NCBI GenBank assembly: GCA_012295275.1 | Contig: CM022670.1 | Coordinates: 26,598,001-26,662,000 of the forward strand | Direction: 5' to 3' | From: Chrysomallon squamiferum | Taxonomy: Eukaryota > Animalia > Mollusca | Length of the DNA stretch: 64,000 nt | Shown here: positions 1 to 10,900 of the stretch, in pieces | Layout of the letters: every line of letters begins with the position of its first letter | Position numbering within the stretch: position 1 is the stretch's first letter | Position numbers and translations under genes: made by a program | Notes under the pieces: model-generated | The model's database searches: none | What the model saw: only the letters and a program-made list of their open reading frames with translations | What the model was told of the DNA's origin: nothing

Positions 1-1
1 C

Positions 2-292
2 GACGAACGGACTGAAAGAATGAACGCAAACTCCAAACAGAAAAAATGTGCAAAGGAAAGAAACAAATTTAACACAACACAACATTGTGGAAAACTCGGA
101 TTTTATGAAACCATCTGTAATACATCCAGTCGAACAAAGCAACAAAATGTTTTTAACCAAAATTTCTTCTGCGTGGTCTGCCGTGAAAAGCCTTTAGCTT
201 ATTTAGGCCAATCTCTGGCAGGCAATGTCATCAACACCACATTTTCCTCATCACATCCCAAGACTTCTGATAACGCTGGATTGGTAACATAA
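2..292 (+). CDS. Possible 3' end of an unidentified upstream gene
   Basis: Frame open from the window start for 96 codons, GC-richer than flank; AATAAA at 543-548; no recognisable domain. Confidence 0.25.
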   Translation, partial: DERTERMNANSKQKKCAKERNKFNTTQHCGKLGFYETICNTSSRTKQQNVFNQNFFCVVCREKPLAYLGQSLAGNVINTTFSSSHPKTSDNAGLVT

Positions 293-1591
293 GATCAGAT
301 GACAGCTTCAAATGTCCATGTATTTGTGCAGGAAACTAGATCCGTTTTCTCACCGTATAATATTCAGCGTGGAACCAATCAGACTATGTTAAATTATATA
401 AACAGGTTAAATACAAACACATAGATACTGTTTCTTATAAACATTCATACTGCTGGGTAAATGCTGAAAACAAATACTGGTTTTATCTGCTGTATTCATT
501 ATTCCCTAATCAGTTTATTAATGGTTTAAATTATGTGATGTAAATAAAAGTTACAACATCAAAGCAAGTGTGAAAACACTACACATGTATTCATTTAGGA
601 TAACGTTGTCTTTGGAAAACATTATTTTTTAAATTGCTTTAAAATAATAAATGTATGACGTTAATTAGTTAACATATATGTTTGCACATTTTAAAAATAA
701 ATAAAATGAAAGAATATGTATTTTAACCACTTAACAGAATGACGAATTGAACACTTTATGGCACTGTCATTAGAACAAAACATTTCAAGAAAATGTACTT
801 ATAAATAATAAAAAATCGAGTGGAAGAAAACTCATATAGATTCTCCTGAAAACATTTTAAAATCTTCACGGTTTTCATTAATTTAGTAAGTATGACTCAA
901 ACCTTATTTTTTTTCTCAACATATTATTATCTATTATTAATAACAAAGGCAAATATTTATTTCTAATTTTTTTGGTGAATGCAGCAACACATTTATTATT
1001 TCATTAATCTTCGCACATCATCGTTTTATTATCCTTTTTTTAAAGGTCATTTCAGTGCAAAGTATATCGATGAATTGTATCAGATAGAATATACAAATGG
1101 CCTAAATATATTTGGTGCATTACAAAGTTACTGTTTTAATAATTGTCATTGACCAGGATTTACTAATAACAGCACATGACTGAAAAATATAAAGCTATAA
1201 TAAAAACAACAGAAAAAACAAAAGGCACAACATACTCAGTCTTATAGGCATTTTTATTTATATTTCTTTTCTTATTGTTCTTTTTTTTTCTTTCTTATTT
1301 TAAACAAAAATGTTCACGCATATGACACATGATTTAAAGTTTACTGCCATATTTTATAATTATTAAAATCAAGTAATAAAAAACAAAGCTTTTCAGATGT
1401 GGAAAGATAAATTGTTTGTATCATTTGTCCTTTTTGCACCCTCAGTTATTAGTTGACCTGCCTTTTTTCTCCATAGGACTTTCAACGTTTTTTAGCATGC
1501 GTTTGTTTTCACTCTGTGTTTGCTACACTGGATGCACTGTATTTAAATAACACCAGATGAACGTGGCACTGGTTTTGTGACTGTTATAGCA

Positions 1592-1687
1592 TCATGGAGG
1601 TTTATTTTGCTGACTCAGTGCATTCTGGGATATCAAATGTTGGTGAATTTTTTCAGCAGCCTGCACTTGTTCGTTACTACAGTAATC
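1592..1687 (-). CDS. ARMC7: ARMC7 terminal coding exon 7
   Basis: ttttag|[34 protein letters not shown] at 1594-1592. Confidence 0.9.
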   Translation of the reverse strand, partial: DYCSNEQVQAAEKIHQHLISQNALSQQNKPP

Positions 1688-4674
1688 CTAAAACAAATAA
1701 AATAGAATAAAATTATATAAAACAACAATAATCATATTTTAATGAAAAAGAAAATCATACTAAGTAATAGCAATTTTAACATAATATTCAGCATCCAAAG
1801 TTGTATGATATTTATTCTATAGTTGCATAAACATTATTGTTAAAAATAAAACAAAAAAGTATTATTTTAAAATTCTGTCTTGAATATTCTTGTTACGAAA
1901 AAAAATCTTAATATATTTTCAAGCAATATGCTTCAGAAACACATAAATTATGCACACCTGAATGAAAACACTGGCTAAATTTGACAGCCGTTTGTTCTGA
2001 GCTTTGGCAAATCTAAGCATGCATTCTACAACAGGAAGACATGTAATTTCTGCAAATATAAATAAAATATGTTACTGTATTACAGATGGTACAAATTCAA
2101 ACAAAATAGTATTTAATTTATAAGTACTTTGAAATATATTTAAGTTAAATAAGTTTTCAAAAATATGTTTTAGTTATTAAATTTTTAACACTATTACAGA
2201 TAGTATTAATTCGTGTTAAACTTCCATAATATATTTTAGCTATCTGAAAACAAAATAATATTATAATAATGTATTGCAAATAATAACAATCAGGAATAAA
2301 CAAAATATATTTTTCACATATATTCAGTAACATTATTGATTATCTTAGAAAAATGTTAGACAATTTCTTAACAATTATTTAAAATAATAATAATAATAAT
2401 TCAAAATTGATTATAAAGTATTCCACAGAACAACAAACCTGGTTTAGATTTATTTGTAACAAGAAACATCAATGTTGTTATAGCAGACAAAACAGTTTCT
2501 TCATTTGGACTGAAAATAATTACAATAATTCAGTATAATTACCAGAATGAAGAATAATAAACATAACAATCATTCTGATAGCTAAGATATATCTTAAAAT
2601 ACGTAAGTTTATAAACATATTAATTATATGGAATGAGAAGAAAAAACTTAGAAGCCTCAAAATGTTTTAATAATCTTTTAATAATAGTGAATAATATATA
2701 AGAGTTAAGTAGTTTAGATACAAAAACGAAATCTGTAACAGAATATGTCAAACCTTGATAAACATTTAATTACTGCCTGGACTCCACCATTCTTCAAAAT
2801 AAGCTCCTTGTTTTGTTTATCTTATTGTTTATAAAAGGAAAAAAATAAAATAAAGAATGACTTTTGAAACATTTAATTAAAAACATTGTGAATTAAACAT
2901 CATTTGTTTTTGTCTATTAAATATTATCAGATATAACCTAAACAACAAGTAGAACTATCTCTTAAGCCTGGATAAAACTCTACATTGAATGAGTCCCTGT
3001 ATGCTCCAACACAATATTTTACAACTGTAATATTGACAAGTAAAATTACATACTAATTACAAGAGAGAAGTAAATAATGGAACAGGTTTAAAATTAATCT
3101 AAGGAAAAAGCAGCTGAATCTTACAGAAATGTTTTATAATTATGATTATGATGCTGTATTTCAAAATATAGTATAACAAGTTAATAACAGTTTAATTAAT
3201 ACAGTACCATCTAAATATGTTGCTAGGACAAGTTTTTAAATTTTAATATTTCATAAATATGTAAACATTTCTAATATATTATTAAATTTATACAATAAAT
3301 GCAGTTCATATGTGTTAACAATCACTAGTGTTAACAGTAAATTCTTGTCAGGGTTTATTTTATATATAAAATCAACAATTTGTACGATTACAACTAAGTT
3401 TTGTATAAAATAATTTAACTTCTTACCAAGGCAAGCATTACACAGTCCACCAATTGCAAATTCCACCAGTTTATCATCATTTTCTTCTAATGCATCTGAA
3501 AATTATTAAATTTAAATAACTTTAAAATTATTTTAATGAAAGAAATGCAAAGAAAATTTAAAAAAAAAAGAAAGAAAGAAAGAAAAAGAAAAAAGAAAAG
3601 AAAAAAAAATTAAATATATAAAATTTTAGATATTTATACAGAAATTTTAAATATATTTCAGCCAAACATTTACAAAAATCATTATTATAAAGGAAAATTC
3701 TCATTAAAGTTATTTTCAGTTTCATTTATTGTAAGTATGTAAAATACCTAACTGATAATCAAATTTTTTGTCACATTTAGTGAAACCTAAAATAATATCA
3801 GTAGGGATTGTGCCTATAAAATTATTAAGATCACATCCAAAGAAACATTTAAAGTACATTATTTGTTATACATTTATATGAATAAATATCAAGACCACAG
3901 ACTAAAATAAAAAAGAAAATATACTAACAAGACACAGATCTGTTCTAATTAACCAAATTCACTTACCAACAAACAGATCAAGAATGTTAAGTTGCCTGAA
4001 AAACTCGTAATTAATTGGATCATAAGCAAAATTTGCAAGATTAGCTAATATCTGCCTTTTACCGTCTGAAAAATAAAAATGAAAAATAAAATTTAATGAA
4101 TAGTTTTAAAGAAACAAAAAAGCACAAACTGTGTCATATATACTAATATGATTTCCATATTTAAAACAAGTGCATAGTGCAGTCATAGTAATATTACTGT
4201 GTAAATTAAATTATGTAATTCTGATTTGATAGTGAGTTAGTTAATTATATTTTATGAAATTCCAATACATTCTATGATTCTTCTAACAATTATTGTATGA
4301 TGATATGAGAGAAAGCATGTTTCAGTCAGTCCAAAACCAACCATTATGAATTATATATTTTGTCTGCATGGAAAAGCTTCATTACCAGATCTAATATTAG
4401 TACATTAAACCATTTATATTTTAATTTAAAATGTTTGTAATGTCATATATGGAGTATGTTGACTTATTGAAAACAATCAATTCAGTATTCTTCTGAAACT
4501 TGTATATACTAATATAGTGGTTACTTTATTCACATTTTCAAGATGACAAACTGATTCTACAGATATGATCCATAACTTTTGCTATGTCGTAAAAATAGAC
4601 CGAACATAGAAACAATCTCTGGTCTGAACATTCGATCGGATCGTACTTTTCAAATATTGTTACATTTGAACCAG

Positions 4675-4708
<34 letters not shown>

Positions 4709-4995
4709 ATTATTATTGCTTTAGTGTAGATAACTGAATATTATATAGGATAATTAGAATCTTAATAATGCAAATGTGACGACAACATGCTAAAACTAAT
4801 AGCCCGAACATTGGTACATTTCTTTTTTTTAACTTGATTGAATCTCTCGGTTAACAAGTATACTATTTTCTTTTATTTCTGATTACCATCACTGTCGCCA
4901 TCTTGATATTCGGTTATTAATGACTGCAAATAACTACAACGTCCAATGCCATACGGTCCTGTTTTCTTTTCTAAATATTCTTTGGAAGTGAACAT
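1592..4995 (-). CDS. ARMC7: Armadillo repeat-containing protein 7 (minor spliceosome component), 7 coding exons, 200 aa
   Basis: Manual splice: 4995-4887, 4065-3967, 3495-3427, 2820-2754, 2509-2439, 2049-1958, 1687-1592 = 603 nt, all GT-AG with matching phases. Protein [32 protein letters not shown]...[55 protein letters not shown]...[17 protein letters not shown]...[10 protein letters not shown]...[15 protein letters not shown] matches ARMC7 hallmark motifs ([34 protein letters not shown]) as recalled. Confidence 0.95.
1958..2049 (-). CDS. ARMC7: ARMC7 coding exon 6
   Basis: [31 protein letters not shown]; acceptor tttgcag, donor GTGTGC. Confidence 0.92.
2439..2509 (-). CDS. ARMC7: ARMC7 coding exon 5
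   Basis: (S)[23 protein letters not shown]; acceptor ttttcag, donor GTTTGT. Confidence 0.92.
2754..2820 (-). CDS. ARMC7: ARMC7 coding exon 4
   Basis: [22 protein letters not shown]; acceptor aataag, donor GTTTGA, phase 1->2. Confidence 0.9.
3427..3495 (-). CDS. ARMC7: ARMC7 coding exon 3
   Basis: [23 protein letters not shown]; acceptor ttttcag, donor GTAAGA. Confidence 0.95.
3967..4065 (-). CDS. ARMC7: ARMC7 coding exon 2
   Basis: ttttcag|AC...; [32 protein letters not shown]; donor GTAAGT. Confidence 0.95.
4887..4995 (-). CDS. ARMC7: ARMC7 coding exon 1
   Basis: ATG at 4995-4993 (MFTSKEYL...YQDGDSD); donor G|GTAATC, phase 1. Confidence 0.88.
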
Positions 4996-5468
4996 GTTGA
5001 CATCAAAACGTAAATCCTCGATAAACTGTTTTCCTTTTCTTGTTCCTCTCATGCCCATAAAGTTTTGGGGAAACAGTCTAGTTACTACCAGATTCCTCTG
5101 GATAAAATTTATTTCATATTTACAAAGTCAGGATTATGTTATTAAACACCTAATTAATATTATTATTATTCAAAATGAAATAAAAAGTTAATTTCCTGTT
5201 GTTGTTTTTTCTTTCTTTTAATGTATAATTCTTTGTTCGATAATTATTATTTTAAATGTTAGTTTTATTTCATTATAATTTATATCATTTTATTGCACAC
5301 TGTACAATTTACAAAAATAAATTGACGCATAAACCGAATACAAGAAGGCTATAATAGATTAGATCGTGTTTAGATTCTAAGCTTCTGTCGCTATATATTT
5401 AATAATAACTGTGGATTTTAAAATATCCCCCCCCCCCAAAAAAAACAAACAAAAAACATATACCTTAC

Positions 5469-5469
<1 letters not shown>

Positions 5470-5522
<53 letters not shown>

Positions 5523-5592
5523 TAATTAATTAATTAATTAAACTAAACTAAACTAAACTAAACTAAACTAAACTAAACTAAACTAAACTAAA
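5470..5592. repeat. Compound microsatellite (TAA)n-(TTAA)n-(TAAAC)n
   Basis: Direct inspection. Confidence 0.95.
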
Positions 5593-5822
5593 ATATTTAG
5601 GAAGATACAGTATTAAATTGAAATTAATTTTGTTGATAATTAACAATATTATTTCATTTTTGTTTTTTAAAACATTACATTAAATCAGTTCAGTTCCACC
5701 TGTGCTGTAGAGTAAGGTTTATACATTACACTGTAAAAACCGAACAGCGCCCACTGTCTTTCAAACATTAAACTTACATTTAAACAGTTTTATCTAGATT
5801 AGTTCTTTCATTAAGAATGGTA

Positions 5823-5878
<56 letters not shown>
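5823..5878. repeat. (AAT)n microsatellite
   Basis: Direct inspection. Confidence 0.95.
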
Positions 5879-5882
<4 letters not shown>

Positions 5883-6729
5883 AAACAAATAAACTAGCAT
5901 TTTAAACATTGTATAGTTAACAGGCCTACAAAATGATTAACTGGTTGTACTGCATTATTTCATAGTTCCTACACCATTGCTAAAAGCATAAATTATATTA
6001 TTAATATTATTTTAGAAAATTAAGAAACATGTAATTAGTTACTGTTAATTTATTAATTCCAGTATTTACTTTTTAGCAACATTAAGTAAACAACAAAAAG
6101 TTTGTCGGTGAAATATGGGTGAAAATGGAGACACTATTGTTTACGTTTGTTTCCACAAACTCCGCCACCTACGGTTCATCTGCTAGTTTCTAAATTTTTA
6201 TAAAATACTACTTGTTATTCTTATAAAAGAGATATTTTGGTATATAAATTTCGGAAACTTAGTTTTAATTCACCACTTTTTGTTCTATCTTCCTTTGTTT
6301 GCGATATTTTCCATGTTTAAAAATGGAGGCTGTACAATTATGCTTTTTGTGTTTGTTTATTTTATGAATTCGTTTATGCTGCCTTCAAAGTCATTAACAC
6401 AGTACAAAGAAAAAGATATAACATTAAAACAAATATTAATAAAGTTAATAATGTTAATATAACTTTAAAAATATACGTTAATGTGTTTAAAAAGGTATTA
6501 GCAAATTTTTCTTTTCAGGTTTTACACAAAATAATTTGTTTACTTCACAGTAAAAAATTAAGTTTCTTTGCTTCTGTGCTATTGTCAGAAGCTCCAAAAG
6601 GGTATTTAGAATCATAAACATATTTTTTATTGATCTCTGTAAAAATAAACATGTAACAATGCGGATAAAGAACGTAAATCGTAATCAGTTAAACGTAAAA
6701 AGCACAAATACAACTGAAATGTTGTCTTT

Positions 6730-6792
6730 ACACTTCCCGGTTAGCGGCTGCCTGTGTGACTGCATTGACGTCCGCTTCGCTGTGAATAAATA
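6730..6792 (+). promoter_or_regulatory. Putative H1 core promoter (CpG-containing; TATA-like GAATAAATA 6784-6792, TGACGT CRE-like, ACTTCCCGG)
   Basis: CpG-rich patch ~90-150 bp upstream of the H1 ATG; motif assignments by eye. Confidence 0.45.
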
Positions 6793-6870
6793 CAGCAATC
6801 TCAGTGAGGCCACCATTTGCGCCGAGACTGTTAGTCAACAAAGATCTTCTCTTCACGAATTTCTAATTCT

Positions 6871-6960
6871 ATTCGAAAATGACGGATGTTGCAGTTTCAC
6901 AAGCTAAGACGAAAAATTCGAAAATGACGGACGTTGCAGTTTCACAAGCTAAGACGAAAA
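6871..6960 (+). repeat. 45-bp tandem duplication spanning the H1 start codon
   Basis: 6871-6915 and 6916-6960 identical except T6887/C6932. Confidence 0.95.
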
Positions 6961-7467
6961 ATCCTAAAAAGACGGCAGTAACTAAGAAACCGGCCATTCA
7001 CCCGAAATACTTGCGATATGGTTAAAGAAGCCATTTCAGCTTTGCAGGAAAAAGGTGGTTCATCCAGACATGCAATTCTGGCATACATTTGCAAAAATTA
7101 TAATGTATCGGGTGAAAAAATTGCTAATAGCCACCTGAAGCTGGCTTTGCGTGCAGGTGTCGTTAACAAGGACTTAAAACAGCCTAAAGGTAGTGGAGCA
7201 GCGGGTTCATTTAAACTTGCTGATGAAAAAGTTCCGAAAAAAATGAAGCCAAAGATGGAAAAGGTAAAGAAACCAAAAGCTGCTAAACCTAAAATGGTGA
7301 AAAAAATTAAGCCAACAAAGGAGAAAAAAGCAACACCAGTTACACCCAAGAAGCCTATAATTAAGAAATCTGCAAAGAAAATATCTAAACCAAAAATGAT
7401 AAAGGCGGTTAAACCAACCAAGACAAAGAAAGTTACATCTCCAGTAAAGAAGGTGGTGAAGAAATGA
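6879..7467 (+). CDS. Linker histone H1 (H1-delta/H1.0-like, intronless), frameshifted as assembled
   Basis: ATG 6879/6924 gives MTDVAVSQAKTKNPKKTAVTKKPAIHPKY. An extra T at 7011-7012 shifts frame; removing it gives HPKYCDMVKEAISALQEKGGSSRHAILAYICKNY...HLKLALRAGV...LKQPKGSGAAGSFKL, a canonical H15 winged-helix domain, followed by a K/P/A-rich tail with TPKK/SPVKK. Stop TGA 7465-7467. Functional gene vs pseudogene unresolved. Confidence 0.9.
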
Positions 7468-7959
7468 ATGGATTTCCTATAAGTATAAGAAGCCAATACA
7501 ATGAGCTAGAAGGACGCGAGAAACATACACACTATTCAGTGTAACACCTGGAAGAATTTCATCGACGTGATCATTCTGAATGTGAAAACAGTCGACTATT
7601 TGGAATTCGATAAATGGCCACCACGAAATGCATTGGACGTGAACTGTTCTTTGTCCGGTGCTTGCTATTTCCATGACATTATTTAGATAATATTACCAAC
7701 ACTGATAATTAATTTTAAAATGTGGCCAGAAGATTGCATTATATAAAATTTGTTCAAATATGAGAACAGACTAATGCAACTAACATTCATCATATGATAT
7801 GGCGATATGGTATTGTACATTTTGCCATTCACTAATAACATTATTATTATACGTACAGTTTAGCTATTATGCTCTGTGAATATTTGAAATAACAAATCAT
7901 TTTAGCGATGTATATTAAATGTTTTGTTACATTAACTGTGACGGCAAAGTCAACATCAT

Positions 7960-7965
7960 AATAAA
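7960..7965 (+). terminator. Candidate polyadenylation signal for H1
   Basis: AATAAA followed ~15 nt later by a GT/T-rich element (atttgtttgttctttcttt); no histone stem-loop seen after the stop. Confidence 0.45.
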
Positions 7966-10900
7966 AATAAGAAATTGTATATTTGTTTGTTCTTTCTTTA
8001 GTTTTTAACATTTAATTTAATTAGATGTAAGGCAGAAATTGAATTACACTTTAAGAATGACGTACGATAAACTTTAAAAACAGTTAATTCGCTAATATTT
8101 AGTTTATATTACTTTTTAGGGAAGGCAATGAAAAAGGTATATTTAAATATTTAAGCGGTAAAAAAAAAAACAAACCTATAAATGGGAGGTTACTCTTTTA
8201 CACTTAAGTAACGTGCATTTATCGTTATTGTAAATAAAGAATGTAGCTTGGATTAAATAATTCGCTCGAAGTATATTCTAATATATTATGTTGCTGTAAA
8301 GTGTAATAAGAATTTAATTAATGTTTATAATTTAAAGGGAGATTAATTGCTGTTTAAAAATTAATTAAAATCGACATGATCTGAAACACTTTATTTTATT
8401 TTTTTATTTTAATAATATATGGAATACAGATTTTTAAAAATATTACAAACAAATATTTCTGAAATGACAATAATTATATCCGAAGCATTATCACTTACTT
8501 CTATCGTTATTTTTATTATATTCTTGTTGTTGCCTTCGTCTCATAATCATTATTTATCCATAATTAAAAAAATTATTACAGTAGCATTTATTGTTACATT
8601 TATAGAAATTAAAATTAAAATGAGATTACTACATTATGCATTTGAGGAAATTATTTGATAAGTTCTAGTGAGACAGCTGGGTTAGAAGGTGTTTTAACTG
8701 AATCTTGCCTTCCATACAAATTTTAAGAGCGTGCTTGCTGAAATACCAATAGGTTAACTGTAACATGCGTATATTTATTTATTTATTATTATTATTTTTT
8801 TAACATTTGGAAAACAGAAACAGATTATTGGCTGGTATTAATTTACATGTTACGCTTTTAAGCAGATCACCAGTCTGAAATTAGCGCCTAATACGAATAA
8901 CATTTTCCATTCCATACATTTTGTTGACTGATCGATACGTTAGATTATTTTTTTGTTGTTGCTGAATTTCTTATTGATGTTTATCTTGACGATAAGTGAG
9001 TTCTGGGTTTTCAAAATGTGGCGTTCCGTAATGTTAAGTATGCATTTGTGAATTTTTATTAAGAGTGAAAGTTAAAATCGCCAAAAATCTGGAGTCCGGA
9101 TTCGAGACTGACTCACCGAGTCAAACAATATGTATAACACAACATCTCATATATAATACATAAAATAACATAAAATAATTTATTATTCATTTAATATTTA
9201 TTTCTGACGGCATTTCGGATAAAACAAGAGCATTCTGTTTATAATAAAAAAATAAAAAATAATGAATTAATAAACACTAACAGTAACACAGTAACAGGTC
9301 TAATTATTACTGTTAATATATTATTGAAGCTGCATGTACTGTAATATATAATTTTGTTAATATTTGTTTTATCCAATTATGTAATTCTTTATGAAGTAAC
9401 TGAAAAAAAAAAAAAAAAAAAAATATATAGATAATAGAAAAAACAACAACAAACAAACCAAAACAAAACAAAATTAATGAAAAAAAAACAACTAAATACG
9501 TGTTTCAAATATTTATAAATCTGTTAAAAAAAATCTTTAATAGCCAAAACAGTTACAAGTGTACAACAATTCAGTTTTGTTTTTGTTTTTTTTAAACATT
9601 AAAACATTTTAATTTTATTTATAATAAACAAACCAGGACATTTAACTGGCATCCTGAATATCTGCTGTAGAAGTATATTAAGAATCTATTAAATAGAATT
9701 TCAGTCTTTTCTTTTCATTATTTATTTTATATTTTAAATATATATATATATATATTAAATCGTGGTCTAGAAATCTGTAATGCTTCTGGTTTCAAACTTG
9801 CCAAACAAAAATTTAATGGTCAGGAACCTGTATTTATTTATTTACTTACTTATTTTTAAATAATCACAGATTATCAAAGAAATAAATTAAATCACATACC
9901 AGCCATAATTGTAATTTATCATTAAAACATTTACTTTTTTTCTTTTTTCTTATGTCACTTATTCTGTTAAAATTAGATATGAAATGTTAGCATGTAATAT
10001 CTATAAACAAATTACATTCAATAATATAAAATGCTGCATATGTTTGTGTATTAATTGATTTTATTTGTTTGGGTTTTCTACTTGGATCAGTTATACTTAC
10101 ACATTTTGTGGTTATTGTTTGACTTCATTTTTATTAAGTATGACATTACTTGCTGTTCATATCAGAACTGTTCATGGATAACTGAAAACAGATGTGAAAA
10201 AAAATTCATTGTTTTATTGTAAATACTTCTTAATCATTTTGTTTTTCATATAATAATAAAATACTATGGATCAGGATTTTATTCTGTTTCATTGAAAAAA
10301 AGTTAAAAAGTAATTATCATTTTATTTTTAAAAAAATTTCAATAAAAAAAATTATAAAATGAAAAAAAATAATTTGTAAAATAATAAAAAGTTATTTAAA
10401 ACAATAAATAAACACAGCAAAATGATCATTGGAAAAAAAAAAATAATTAAAAGTGAAAAATATAAAAGTGTATATTCTGTCAAAGTCAGTTATCTTTTAT
10501 TTAAAAAAAACAACATCTCCCACCCAAAAAACCCACCCATTATATGTGTCCTTTAGGCAGCATCAACAAAGTTCACATTTCTACAGCAAAAAGGAAAAAA
10601 AAGGGGTTAATGTGTTTTATTTTAAATGTAAATGAGAAATAAAAGTCTGAAGCTCTTTTGAGACCAATTTATGAAAATTAACTTCTTTTTACCAATATGT
10701 TTATAATACAGGATAAATTGCTGCCAGAAAAAAGTGACCTCCAAATATTACAGATGTCACAGATATGGCTGCATGCTTCACCTAACAGGTTTTTATCTTT
10801 TGTGTGGGGTTTTTGTAGGTTTTTACAATATATATTTAATCTTGATGGCAGGATACAGATTTCACTTATATTAATATTGCCCAGAGTCTTACATCTTCTT

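Noticed and set aside
1688-4886. U12-type introns in ARMC7 (minor spliceosome gene)
   Set aside because: No donor matches [GA]TATCCTT; all six are U2-type GT-AG.
4996-5058. 21-aa N-terminal extension of ARMC7 from the ORF track
   Set aside because: The 5058 start is non-ATG. An in-frame ATG at 5052 exists but likely lies near or upstream of the TSS; MFTS start gives the family-typical ~200 aa.
6160-6176. CTCF-like site CCGCCACCTACGG (and AGCGCCCACTG near 5746)
   Set aside because: Only partial matches to the CTCF core; cannot be supported without a PWM scan or ChIP.
7098-7496. 132-aa hydrophobic minus-strand ORF
   Set aside because: Antisense shadow of the Lys-rich H1 tail (AAA/AAG read as Phe/Leu); no independent evidence.
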